From Gemmatimonadota bacterium (GTDB lineage: Bacteria; Gemmatimonadota; Gemmatimonadetes; Palauibacterales; Palauibacteraceae), in the NCBI GenBank assembly GCA_039588275.1, contig JBDHAC010000001.1, forward strand, positions 13,203-77,202: a DNA stretch of 64,000 bases, written 5' to 3'. A program made the position numbers and the translations under genes. The notes below the pieces were generated by a model. It did not search any database and had not been told where the DNA came from. It saw nothing but the letters and a program-made list of their open reading frames with translations. Below, one piece after another: positions 42,923 through 52,095 of the stretch. Position 1 is the stretch's first letter. Every line of letters begins with the position of its first letter.

Positions 42923-43493
42923 GCACCACCTCACGCTCGCTCGCGAACTGGACCCCCGCCGCGGCCTCGCGCGCGGCCTGGACGTTCTCGTCGATGTGGG
43001 TCGGCACCGCTTCGCGGATCGCGTCGCAGACCGTCTCCAGGCTCGCCAGCCCGAACGCCGTCGCGAACGCGCCGAGGATCGCCGTGTTGACGATCGGTTG
43101 GGTTCGCGAGCCGAGCCCGTGTCGGGTCGCGATCGCGCTCGCGTCCACCGTCACCACGCGGAAGCGGTCGAGCAGCTCCGTGTACGCCTCGGGCCCCTGG
43201 TCGGAGTTGATGAGGATCATCCCGCCAGGCCTCAGACCGGCGGTCACGTCCACGGCACCGATCAGCGTGGGATCGAGGACGATCAGATCATCGGGCTCAG
43301 TGACCTCGCAGCGTAGCCGAACGGGCTGGTCGTCGAACCGGACGAAGGCGGTGACGGGCGCACCGCGCCGCTCCACCCCGAAGGCGGGAAAAGACTGGAC
43401 GCAGTGGCCCTCACGAAACAGGGCTTCGGCCAGGAGCTTGGAGGCGATGACCGCCCCCTGACCTCCTCGCCCGTGAACGCGCAGCTCCTGCAT
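42915..43493 (-). CDS. 2-oxoacid:ferredoxin oxidoreductase, gamma subunit
   Basis: 3' part of ORF 42915..43565, starting at ATG 43493. It has the pattern MQELRVHGRGGQGAVIASKLLAEA...FGVERRGAPV. Confidence 0.8.
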   Translation of the reverse strand: MQELRVHGRGGQGAVIASKLLAEALFREGHCVQSFPAFGVERRGAPVTAFVRFDDQPVRLRCEVTEPDDLIVLDPTLIGAVDVTAGLRPGGMILINSDQGPEAYTELLDRFRVVTVDASAIATRHGLGSRTQPIVNTAILGAFATAFGLASLETVCDAIREAVPTHIDENVQAAREAAAGVQFASEREVVHG

Positions 43494-44012
43494 GACTGGC
43501 TCCCCGACAGGTCCCCGAGGAGGTATTCCAGCGGCACGGCCGCCGGGAGCTCCCACCGCGGACACACGAGCAGACTGGGCACAGGATCTGCACTTCCGAG
43601 GATCAAGAAGGGTGCCAGTTTCCCGCCCCGAGCGGGGGCTGACCCGGGTTCAACTCCAGCGACTGGACCCCCATGGATGCTCCACGCGTGGACCAGCCAG
43701 ATCGCGCGTCGACACCGAAAGGATGGCAGGACAAGTGGCCCCCCTGCGCGGAAGCCCAAGCTGACGGGGTTCCCTGCGAGGAAGTAGACGGGGACTGCGA
43801 GGATTGCGACAAGGCATACCCCGAGATCGCCGAACCGGGAGGGGCCTCGGAGCCCGATCCTCAGCCGGGACGCTAGCGCTCCCGGGTCATCCTCGTCGGC
43901 CGCCATCCCGCCCCAACGGGGCGAAAGCGGGCCACGAATGCCGGGTCAGTGTGTCACCCTATGGGGCAAGAAGTCCCGCTCCCACACGTTCCACGTCAAG
44001 AGGTCCCACACC

Positions 44013-44495
44013 ATGAAACCTCTGAAGCAGGCGGCCGAGGATTTCCTTTCCATCGACCGCATCGCCGTGGCCGGAGTGTCGCGCTCCTCGGCCCAGGCCG
44101 CGAACGGCATCTACCGGAAGCTCCGTGCGGAAGGCTATCACGTTTGTCCCATCAACCCGAACGCGGACGAGGTCGAGGGAGATCGGTGCTACCCGGATCT
44201 GGCCTCGGTGCCGGAGACGGTAGACGGGGTGATCATCGCGACCCACCCTACCGTCACCCCCGAGCTCGTCCACGAATGCGTCCACCTGGGGATCCGGCAC
44301 GTCTGGATGCACCGCTCGTTCGGTGACGGCAGCGTCTCCGAGGAGGGAATCCGGCTCTGCGAGGAGCACGGAATCGAGCTGATCGCGGGCGCTTGCCCCC
44401 TGATGTTCTGCCGGGGCGCGGATGTGGGACACCGGTGCATACGATGGGTGCTCGGAGTCACGGGCAAGCTGCCGACCCCGGAGCGGGGCAGCTAG
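44013..44495 (+). CDS. CoA-binding domain protein (YccU/CoA_binding_2-like)
   Basis: 3' part of ORF 43938..44495, starting at ATG 44013. It has the pattern IAVAGVSRSS...YRKLRAEGYHVCPINPNADEVEGDRCYPDL..VP..VDGVII. Confidence 0.7.
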   Translation: MKPLKQAAEDFLSIDRIAVAGVSRSSAQAANGIYRKLRAEGYHVCPINPNADEVEGDRCYPDLASVPETVDGVIIATHPTVTPELVHECVHLGIRHVWMHRSFGDGSVSEEGIRLCEEHGIELIAGACPLMFCRGADVGHRCIRWVLGVTGKLPTPERGS

Positions 44496-45270
44496 CCACC
44501 GGCAAGCTGCCGATCCCGGAGCGGGGCGGCTAGCCACGAGCGTCACCAGTAGAGAGGGGCGAAAGATAGGTTTCTGGGAGGATCCCGATCAGGTCGCGCG
44601 GTTCGCCGATCGCGAGCCGGATCGGAGACTCGTCGAGCTCCTGAACAGCCACTCGGACCCCGCCCGCGTACGCGTCCTCGACATCGGGTGTGCGGCGGGT
44701 CGCAACACGCTTCTCCTGGCCGCCGCCGGATTCGACCTTCACGCGGTCGATTCGTCGCGCGCGATGATCGAGCGAACCCGGGCGCGCGTCGCGGAGCTGC
44801 TCGGTCGCGACGAGGCGCAGCGGCGAATCCGTGTCGCACCGATGGACGACCTGGACTTCGAGAGCGGGTACTTCGACCTGGTCGTCGCGCTGGGCGTGTA
44901 TCACAACGCCCGCTCTCCCGAGGAGTGGAACCGGGCGCTGTCCGAAACATCTCGCGTGCTCAAGCCGGGTGGGCGGCTCCTGGTGGCCAATTTCGCGAAA
45001 CGCATCCGCCCCGAGGGAGCCCAGCTAGCCGAGGTGCCCGGTATGCCACACGTGTACGAGGGGTTACCCTCAGGTCGCGTGTACCTCCTCGATGCGGTGG
45101 GATTGGACGCGGCGATGGCCGGCCATGGGCTGGAGCCGGAGAGTCCCACCCGGACGGTGCAGGTCGTGAAGAACGGGGGGGTGCGCGTGACGATCAACGG
45201 GCTCTACCGAAAGAGCGCCCGGAGCAGCGCTCCACGCGCGCCGGCGAACGTGGAACCACAGGACGGATAG
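44422..45270 (+). CDS. Class I SAM-dependent methyltransferase (start uncertain)
   Basis: ORF of 282 aa. The SAM motif is VLDIGCAAGRN, with ..FDLVVALGVYHN and ..LKPGGRLLV downstream. The only canonical in-frame start before the SAM motif is ATG 44422, which lies 74 nt inside the upstream gene. Confidence 0.7.
   Translation: MWDTGAYDGCSESRASCRPRSGAASHRQAADPGAGRLATSVTSREGRKIGFWEDPDQVARFADREPDRRLVELLNSHSDPARVRVLDIGCAAGRNTLLLAAAGFDLHAVDSSRAMIERTRARVAELLGRDEAQRRIRVAPMDDLDFESGYFDLVVALGVYHNARSPEEWNRALSETSRVLKPGGRLLVANFAKRIRPEGAQLAEVPGMPHVYEGLPSGRVYLLDAVGLDAAMAGHGLEPESPTRTVQVVKNGGVRVTINGLYRKSARSSAPRAPANVEPQDG
44463..44537. repeat. Tandem duplication, 2 x 37 bp (1-nt spacer, 2 mismatches), each unit with an internal hairpin
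   Basis: The two units are GGCAAGCTGCCGA[C/T]CCCGGAGCGGGGC[A/G]GCTAGCCAC at 44463-44499 and 44501-44537. Each unit contains CCCCG-gag-CGGGG. The stop of the CoA-binding gene (TAG 44493-95) lies in unit 1. Confidence 0.9.
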
Positions 45271-46313
45271 TGACGACGAGCCACACGACACGTGCCATCC
45301 TCATCGATCGCCTCGGACCGCCCGAGATCCTGGCCGAACGCGAGGTTCCACTATCCGATCCCGGGCCCGGCGAGGTTCACCTCCGGGTCGAAGCGACGGG
45401 CGTCAACTTCGCCGATCTGATGATGCGGACCGGGCTTTACGGCACGGTTCCCCCGCGCCCCTTCAGCCCCGGGTTCGAGGTCGCGGGCGTCGTGGCGCGG
45501 ACCGGCCCGGCCGTGGAGGCGTGGGGCGAAGGCGACCGCGCGGTCGCGCTGCTGCGCTATGGGGGTTACGCCCGAGACGTCGTGGTCCCCGAGCGACAGC
45601 TGTTCCCATACCCGGACGCCCTCACCCCGGTCGAGGCGGCCGCCGTGCCCGTCAACTTCCTCACCGCGTGGGTGTGTCTGTTCGAGACGGGGCACGCCCG
45701 CCGCGGCGACACAGCGCTCGTCCTCGGGGCCGGGGGCGGGGTCGGCACCGCGGCCGTGCAGCTGGGGACGCGACGCGGGCTCGGGGTGATCGGGACAGCG
45801 GGGCACCCGCGCAAGCGAGCGTTCGTCACGGAGGAGCTGGGTGCCGAGGCGTGCTTCGATTCGCTCGGGGACTGGGAGAAAGATGTGCGGGCGGCGGTGG
45901 GCGAGCGGGGCATCGACATCGCCCTCGACCCGGTGGGTGGCCCGGCGACCGCCGCCTGCCGCCGCCTGCTCGCGCCGCTCGGGAGGCTCGTGTTCTATGG
46001 GCTCAGCAACGCCCTGCCGCGACGCAAGAGAAGCTGGCCGCGGGCCCTGAGGGCCTTCCTCGGTACGCGGCGCTTTCACCCGGCCTCGCTGGCCGAGCCC
46101 AACGTGGGCGTGTTCGGCGTTCACCTCCTCCACCTGGGGCGAAAGGAGGAACTGCTCGGTCCGGCGCTGGAGGAGATCTTTCGGGGCATCACTGCGGGCG
46201 AATGGCGACCGATCGTCGACCGCGTGTTCCCGCTGGATCAGGCGGGCGCCGCCGAGGCCCACTCTCACATCCACGCCCGCGGCAACCTGGGGAAGGTCCT
46301 GCTGGCGCCCTAA
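45270..46313 (+). CDS. Zinc-independent MDR-family NADPH:quinone oxidoreductase-like enzyme
   Basis: 3' part of ORF 44688..46313. GTG 45270 overlaps the upstream TAG by 1 nt. It has the pattern GEVHLRVEATGVNFADLMMRTGLY...PGFEVAGVV...LVLGAGGGVGTAAVQL...GKVLL. Confidence 0.8.
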   Translation: MTTSHTTRAILIDRLGPPEILAEREVPLSDPGPGEVHLRVEATGVNFADLMMRTGLYGTVPPRPFSPGFEVAGVVARTGPAVEAWGEGDRAVALLRYGGYARDVVVPERQLFPYPDALTPVEAAAVPVNFLTAWVCLFETGHARRGDTALVLGAGGGVGTAAVQLGTRRGLGVIGTAGHPRKRAFVTEELGAEACFDSLGDWEKDVRAAVGERGIDIALDPVGGPATAACRRLLAPLGRLVFYGLSNALPRRKRSWPRALRAFLGTRRFHPASLAEPNVGVFGVHLLHLGRKEELLGPALEEIFRGITAGEWRPIVDRVFPLDQAGAAEAHSHIHARGNLGKVLLAP

Positions 46314-46455
46314 CCCACCGTGTCGAGAGGTCGATTCGGCCTTGGCCGGGGCTTGTGCACGCCGCGCTCGATGTCGGCGCGCGCGAAGATGCCCGCCACA
46401 GGCCCACCCGGTGGTGCGAGGTGTTCGGGCATGGGTGATAATGTGGCCCGGCCCA

Positions 46456-46576
46456 TCTTCCGACGAGGACGCCGGGTCTTCCGACGATGTCGCCGGGTCT
46501 TCCGACGATGTCGCCGGGTCTTCCGACGATGTCGCCGGGTCTTCCGACGATGTCGCCGGGTCTTCCGACGATGTCG
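46456..46576. repeat. 21-bp tandem minisatellite, ~5.8 copies (1 degenerate + 4 perfect + 1 partial)
   Basis: The unit is TCTTCCGACGATGTCGCCGGG. The first copy at 46456-46476 has 2 mismatches, 46477-46560 holds 4 perfect copies, and 46561-46576 is a 16-nt partial copy. The unit length equals 7 codons, and each unit carries an ATG in frame with the downstream MFS ORF ((MSPGLPT)n). Confidence 0.95.
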
Positions 46577-46678
46577 AAGATCGTCCGGCCGGATCGAAAC
46601 GGAGCGCATTCACTGAGCACCGGAGGAGTGACGCCCCGACCGGACAGCATCGAACCGGATGACCCGCGCCGACGGCGT

Positions 46679-47845
46679 ATGGTAAGCGGCGTCGCCGTCG
46701 CCGCCGTCATCGCGGTGAGCCACGGTGCGATCGACGCGTACGCGGCCTTCCTGCACCCGCTGCTCCCCAGGATCATGGACAAGCTGGGGCTGTCGATCAC
46801 GCTGGCGGCCGCGCTCTCGATGAGCCTGTTCATCGCCGTCTCGGTGCTGCAGCCGCCGCTGGGCTACCTGGCCGACCGGTACGGCCGCCGTCCATACACC
46901 GCCGCGGGTCCGATCCTGGCCGGCGTCTTCTTCTCCTTGATCGGGCTCGCCCCGACGTTCGTCGTGTTGGTCGTGTTCCTCGTGCTCGGTGGGCTCGGAG
47001 CCTCGACCTTCCACCCACCCGCCGCCTCGCTCGCTGCGCGCGCAGGCGAGGGGCGCGGGAGCGGCATGCGCTTCTCGGTCTTTTCGTTCGGGGGCGCGAT
47101 CGGGTTCGCGATCGGTCCGCTGGCAGCGGTGTGGCTGGTGGCCCGGTTCGGCTTCGAGGGGTTGTGGGTGGCGATGGTGCCGGGCGTCCTTCTGGGCCTC
47201 GTGTTGTGGCGCATGCTCCCGGACGATCGAGAGACACGGGCAGGGCCACCCCCTCCGCACCCCCTCCAGGTCCTCCGTGCATTGAAGGGTCCGCTCGGAC
47301 TCCTGTTCGGGATCAGCGCCGCCGGAGCGTTCGTGCAGCGCGTGTTTCTCACATTGACACCGATCATCGGCGCCCAGGCCGGGCGGACGGAGGCGACCGG
47401 AGCGGTCGTCTTGAGCCTGTACCTGGGCGCTCAGGCGCTGGGGACGCTTGCCGGGGGCGCGCTCGCAGACCGCGTGGATCGCCGCCACATCCTCCTGGCG
47501 GCTACGTCGATCGGCGTGCCGCTGCACATCCTGGCCGTAATCGCTCCACCCGCGGGCCCGCTCGCGATCGCCGCGGCGTTGTGCGCCGGATTCCTGAACA
47601 TGGGCATGCTTCCGGCGGTGGTCGTCATGGCGCAGGAGATCATGCCCGAGGGGACGGCGGTGAGCTCGGGAATCGTGATGGGTCTCGCCTGGGTCCCCGG
47701 CTCGCTCGGCGTACTGGGCGCCGGAGCCCTGGCCGATCAGATCGGTCCCGTCGGTGCCGCCGCGTGGTCGATGCCGATCCTGCTGGTCGGAACGCTCCTG
47801 GCGCTACACCCCGCGCTCAAAGCCTTCAGTCGCGCGGCACACTAG
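46679..47845 (+). CDS. MFS transporter (start uncertain: any in-frame ATG from 46487 to 46679)
   Basis: ORF 46487..47845. The hydrophobic core starts at ..MVSGVAVAAVIAVSHG. The MFS motif is GYLADRYGRRP, with 12 TM-like segments. Confidence 0.75.
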   Translation: MVSGVAVAAVIAVSHGAIDAYAAFLHPLLPRIMDKLGLSITLAAALSMSLFIAVSVLQPPLGYLADRYGRRPYTAAGPILAGVFFSLIGLAPTFVVLVVFLVLGGLGASTFHPPAASLAARAGEGRGSGMRFSVFSFGGAIGFAIGPLAAVWLVARFGFEGLWVAMVPGVLLGLVLWRMLPDDRETRAGPPPPHPLQVLRALKGPLGLLFGISAAGAFVQRVFLTLTPIIGAQAGRTEATGAVVLSLYLGAQALGTLAGGALADRVDRRHILLAATSIGVPLHILAVIAPPAGPLAIAAALCAGFLNMGMLPAVVVMAQEIMPEGTAVSSGIVMGLAWVPGSLGVLGAGALADQIGPVGAAAWSMPILLVGTLLALHPALKAFSRAAH

Positions 47846-47851
47846 GTCGTC

Positions 47852-48937
47852 TCAGGCGCTGACGCCCGCCAAGCGCTCGAGCACCATGTCCCCCATCACA
47901 TCGGTCGGGATGCCGCTCCGCGCGTCCGCGGACGGCACGTCACCGCTCGCGAGCAGATCCGCGATCGCGGTTTCCACGCGTCCCGCGGCCGCGGTCTCAC
48001 CCAAATAATCGAGCATCATCGCCACGGCGGAGATGGCTCCCAGGGGGCATGCCACGTTCTTCCCCGCATACTTGGGGGCGGAGCCGTGGATCGGCTCGAA
48101 CATCGAGGTCTGCCCGGGATGGATGTTGCCCGAAGCCGCGATCCCCATCCCACCCTGAAGCATGGCCCCCAGATCGGTGATGATGTCGCCGAACATGTTG
48201 GTGGTGACGATGACATCGAACCACTCCGGGTTCTTCACCATCCACATGCAGCACGCGTCGACGTACGCATGGTCGGTGTCCACGTCGGGGTACTCGCCGG
48301 CCACGTGGGCAAACGAGCGGGTCCACACGTCGTGCGGACGGACCGCGTTCGCCTTGTCGACCAGGGTGACGAGGGGCTTTTGACCGTCATCGCGAGCGGC
48401 CGCACGCTTGCGGGCGAGCTCGAACGCATACCGGGAGGCGCGCTCGCACCCCTTCCACGTGTAGATCCCATTCACGAGCGCGATCTCGTCCGGCGTGTCC
48501 TTTCGCAGGTGCCCGCCGATCTGCGAGTACAGCCCTTCCGTGTTCTCCCGCACCACGACGAAATCGACGTCGTCCGGCCCCTTTCCCTTGAGCGGGCACA
48601 GGTGCTCGGAATACAGCTTGATGGGTCTCAGGTTGATGTACAGATCGAGCCCGAACCGGAGACCCAGAATCACGGAGCGCTCGATCAATCCCGGCTCGAC
48701 GTCCGGGTGCCCGATGGCCCCCAGCAGCACCGCATCGAGCGTCGCCCACTCTTCGATCACCTCGTCGGGGACGAGCTCGCCCGTCGTCAGGTAGTGCTCG
48801 CTGCTGTACGGGTAGTCGACGAGCTCATAGCGGACATCCTCGAGCCCGGCGACCTCCTCCAGCACCTTCAACCCTTCGGCCGTCACCTCCGGGCCGATTC
48901 CGTCCCCGCCCAGCACACCGATCTTGTATGTGGTCAT
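47852..48937 (-). CDS. Isocitrate/isopropylmalate dehydrogenase-family enzyme (3-isopropylmalate or tartrate/D-malate dehydrogenase-like)
   Basis: 3' part of ORF 47852..48961. ATG 48937 has GAGGAG upstream. It has the pattern YKIGVLGGDGIGPEV...LLGAIG.P...INLRP...VVVRENTEGLYS...NMFGDIITDLGA..GG.G.A.S.N. Confidence 0.8.
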   Translation of the reverse strand: MTTYKIGVLGGDGIGPEVTAEGLKVLEEVAGLEDVRYELVDYPYSSEHYLTTGELVPDEVIEEWATLDAVLLGAIGHPDVEPGLIERSVILGLRFGLDLYINLRPIKLYSEHLCPLKGKGPDDVDFVVVRENTEGLYSQIGGHLRKDTPDEIALVNGIYTWKGCERASRYAFELARKRAAARDDGQKPLVTLVDKANAVRPHDVWTRSFAHVAGEYPDVDTDHAYVDACCMWMVKNPEWFDVIVTTNMFGDIITDLGAMLQGGMGIAASGNIHPGQTSMFEPIHGSAPKYAGKNVACPLGAISAVAMMLDYLGETAAAGRVETAIADLLASGDVPSADARSGIPTDVMGDMVLERLAGVSA

Positions 48938-49131
48938 GGGTCTCTCTCCTCGTCTGGACACGGACAGTCTCGACGGCGAAGGTCGCGCAGTGCAATAGGC
49001 GACCCGGACCGGGTCGAAAGCGACTCCGGCTCGTACTCCTTCGTGGATCGTGGCCGATCTCGTTCGAAGGCGCTCGGAGGGTGTGTGGCGCGCGGTCGCG
49101 TTGCCCGCGACCGCGCGCTGCCACTCTGATC

Positions 49132-50553
49132 TCAGGGTCGGGTCGGCTCGACCTCGATCACCGTGCCGAACTGTGCCAGCTGATCGGCGATCACTGTTTT
49201 GTCACCCGTCACCACCAGCAGCATGTCCTCGCTGCGGAGATAATCCGCCGCGATTCTCTGCACTTCCTGCGGCGTGACGGAGTAGATCCGGCTCACGTAC
49301 CCGGTGAGGAACTCCTCCGGGAGACCATGCAGGTTCAGGAACGAAAGCTGCGACACGATCCCCTGCCGGCTCGAGTTCTGGAGCACGAAGATCCCCGCCA
49401 TGTAGTTCTGGATCCCGCCCAGCTCGTCGTCGTCGGGAGGCTCGGTCTGCAGCCGGTCGATCTCCTTGAAGATCTCCTCGAGCGCCGGACCCGTGACGTC
49501 GGTGGTAACGTCGGCGATCTGCACCCAGTACGCGTCGCGGTATCGGGTCGAGACCTGGCTGAACGGCGAGTACGTATAGCCCTTGTCCTCGCGAATGTTG
49601 CTGGTGATGCGCGAGCCGAACGCGCCGCCCAGGAGCGTGTTGGCCACCTGGAGCGACACGAAGTCCGCGTCCGAGGGATCGACCACCGGTAGACCGAGAT
49701 ACATTGTCGACTGCGGCGCACCTGGCCGGTTGATGAGCACGATCTCGCGCCCGGTGCGTGGCTCCGCCCGCTTCTCATCCGCCGGTGTTCCGGCCGCCCA
49801 GTCGCCGAAGGCCTCGCGCACCGCGTCCTCGATCGCGTCGGCGTCGAACCGCCCGCTCACGTACAGGTGCGAGCGAGCCGCCCCGTAGTTGGCGGCCCAG
49901 AAGTCCCGGACCTGCTCGATCGTGTAACTCTCGATCATGGCCTGGGTGGGGTAGATCCGACCGTACGCGTGGTCGCCGTACATCCGCCGCCGGAACTCCG
50001 CCAGCGAGACGGATCGCGGGCGCTGTAGGCTGACGGAGACCCGCCGGACCCGGTCGGTCTTGATCCGCTCCAGCTCCGACTCCGGCAGTGTGGAGTTCCG
50101 CGCCACATCCGCCACCAGCCGAACCAGATCGGGGCCGAAGTCGGAGAGGACGTCGCCACCGATCGTGGTCTGGTCGAGACCCACGCCGATGTTGAGCTCA
50201 CCGCCCATCGCGGCCGCTTCTTGCGCGAGCTCCTCGGCGGTCCGCGTGGCCGTGCCCTCCTGCATCAAGTCACCCGTGATGTCGGCCAGCCACACCTCGT
50301 CAGCCGCCTCGTCGATGTTGCCGGAGCGGATGATCAGCTGCATGTACACCTTGGGCGTGGCCCCATACGGGACCAGCGTGACCTGAAGGCCGTTGTCGAG
50401 CGAGTACGTGTCCCCCTGGGGGAGATTGAAGTCGCGCGGCTCGCCTCCGGGTGGCGGGGTCTGCTGCGCGACGCCGGGTCCGGCGATCCCCATCGCGACC
50501 AACAGGAGGAGGGACCCGCGGGTGGACCTCCCGCTCTTCGTGTGCGCTCTCAT
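49132..50553 (-). CDS. M16-family peptidase, non-catalytic-type subunit (no HxxEH)
   Basis: ORF of 473 aa with a signal peptide. It has the insulinase-fold pattern but I saw no HxxEH motif. The start overlaps the upstream stop (ATGA). Confidence 0.75.
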   Translation of the reverse strand: MRAHTKSGRSTRGSLLLLVAMGIAGPGVAQQTPPPGGEPRDFNLPQGDTYSLDNGLQVTLVPYGATPKVYMQLIIRSGNIDEAADEVWLADITGDLMQEGTATRTAEELAQEAAAMGGELNIGVGLDQTTIGGDVLSDFGPDLVRLVADVARNSTLPESELERIKTDRVRRVSVSLQRPRSVSLAEFRRRMYGDHAYGRIYPTQAMIESYTIEQVRDFWAANYGAARSHLYVSGRFDADAIEDAVREAFGDWAAGTPADEKRAEPRTGREIVLINRPGAPQSTMYLGLPVVDPSDADFVSLQVANTLLGGAFGSRITSNIREDKGYTYSPFSQVSTRYRDAYWVQIADVTTDVTGPALEEIFKEIDRLQTEPPDDDELGGIQNYMAGIFVLQNSSRQGIVSQLSFLNLHGLPEEFLTGYVSRIYSVTPQEVQRIAADYLRSEDMLLVVTGDKTVIADQLAQFGTVIEVEPTRP

Positions 50554-51968
50554 CGGTCACCTCCCGTCGCCGCAGAGGCTGCACCCGGCTCGACGAACAG
50601 GAGCGTCCGATTCCCGGGGCGCAGGTACTCATCCGCCGTCCGCTGCAGGAGTTCCGGCGTTACCGCGGCGAACCGGTCCTCGAGTTGGTTGATCCGGCCC
50701 GGATCATCATCGAACAAAGCGAACGATGCGAGCAGATCGGCGCGGCCGAACCCGAAGAACCCGTCGACCGCGTCGTAGAACAGCGAACGAAGCTTGACCT
50801 TCGCTCTCTCCACGGTCTCGAGGTCGATGGGCTCGGTCCGGACCCGATCGATGACCGCATCGGCCACGGCCAGGATCTGTTCGGGCGTCTTGTCCGAGTC
50901 GTGGATGAGCGACACCGTCCACAGCATCGGTCCGTCGTAGTTGAACATGTTTCCGAGCAGGTTGATACCGCCGCTGACGGTCCCCGCGAGCCCTTCCCGT
51001 TGCACCAGCGCCTGGTGCAGCCAGGAATCGTCTCCCTGCAGGAGGACCTGGTCGAGGACCCCCATCGCCCAGTACTCGGGGGAGTTCCTCTCGGGCATGT
51101 GATAGCCGAGCGCCAGCGCGGGGCGATTGGCGAGCGGATCCTGCTTCGTGTGGTGCTTCTCCTCTTCCTGGCGCGGCTCCGAGATGTCGGGCATCTCGAT
51201 GGGTGGGCCGGCCGGAATGCCGCCGAAGTACTGCTCCACCCACTCCAGGGCCTGCTCGGGCTCGAAGTCGCCCACGATCGCAAGCGCCGCGTTGTTGGGG
51301 GCGTAGAACTGGTCGAAGAAGGACTGCACGTCCTCGAGCGTGGCGGCGTCCAGATCGTCCAGCTCGCCGTAGAAGTTGTGCGCGTTGTACCAGTTCTCGT
51401 TCGCCACCTGCGGGAGATCCAGCCACGGAAACCCGCCGTACGGCTGGTTCAGGACATTCACGCGCACCTCGTTCTTCACCACGCCCTGCTGGTTCGTGAG
51501 GTTGTCCTGGGTGATGTCGAGTCCGCGCATCCGGTCTGCCTCGGCCCACAGGATCGTCTCGAGCTTGTGGGCCGGAACGATCTGGAAGTAGTTGGTGAAG
51601 TCGAACCGGGTCGATCCGTTCAGCACGCCTCCGTTCTCCTGGATGAGTCGCACCAACTCCATCTTCCCGAGGTTCTCGGATCCCTGGAACATCATGTGCT
51701 CGAACAGGTGAGCGAATCCCGTCCTGTCACGGGGCTCGATCCGGAAGCCGATGTGATAGTAGACCGCCACCGCCACCGTCGGAGCGGTGTGATCGGGGGA
51801 GAGGACGACCCGGAGGCCGTTGTCCAGCGTCGTATACTCGATGGGGACCCGGAACTCGCCGGTCTCCCCGGCTCCTCCCACCGCCGCGTCGTCCCTCGCG
51901 CATGCGAACAGCCCGGGAACCAGGAACGCCATGACGAGGGCGAGCCGTCCGGCTCTTTGCCGCATCAT
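50550..51968 (-). CDS. M16-family zinc peptidase (pitrilysin/PqqL-like), catalytic subunit
   Basis: ORF of 472 aa with a signal peptide. The inverted zinc motif is HLFEHMMFQGS (HxxEH), followed by a downstream ..NGSTRFDFTNY block. Confidence 0.85.
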   Translation of the reverse strand: MMRQRAGRLALVMAFLVPGLFACARDDAAVGGAGETGEFRVPIEYTTLDNGLRVVLSPDHTAPTVAVAVYYHIGFRIEPRDRTGFAHLFEHMMFQGSENLGKMELVRLIQENGGVLNGSTRFDFTNYFQIVPAHKLETILWAEADRMRGLDITQDNLTNQQGVVKNEVRVNVLNQPYGGFPWLDLPQVANENWYNAHNFYGELDDLDAATLEDVQSFFDQFYAPNNAALAIVGDFEPEQALEWVEQYFGGIPAGPPIEMPDISEPRQEEEKHHTKQDPLANRPALALGYHMPERNSPEYWAMGVLDQVLLQGDDSWLHQALVQREGLAGTVSGGINLLGNMFNYDGPMLWTVSLIHDSDKTPEQILAVADAVIDRVRTEPIDLETVERAKVKLRSLFYDAVDGFFGFGRADLLASFALFDDDPGRINQLEDRFAAVTPELLQRTADEYLRPGNRTLLFVEPGAASAATGGDR

Positions 51969-52095
51969 ACATCTCCTTGCCGCAGGGATTGTCCGGAGAC
52001 AGCGGTGAGACCGCCGCCGCGTGTGAATCTAGCGGTCGTTCGCTGTCGTGGCTGTGGCAACCGCCCCTTTGATGCTCGGGGGGCGAGGACCGTTG

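Noticed and set aside
46456-46576. The tandem 21-bp repeat considered as a CRISPR array.
   Set aside because: The units are directly abutting with no spacers, the unit length is shorter than CRISPR repeats, and there are no cas genes in the window. It is a minisatellite.
46441-46662. A 73-codon ORF encoding the acidic repeat peptide MWPGPSSDEDAG(SSDDVAG)4SSDDVEDRP...
   Set aside because: It cannot be distinguished from the alternative (MSPGLPT)n frame or from non-coding DNA by composition. GC3 is similar in all frames of the unit, and I saw no RBS. It is kept only as an alternative reading inside the minisatellite finding.
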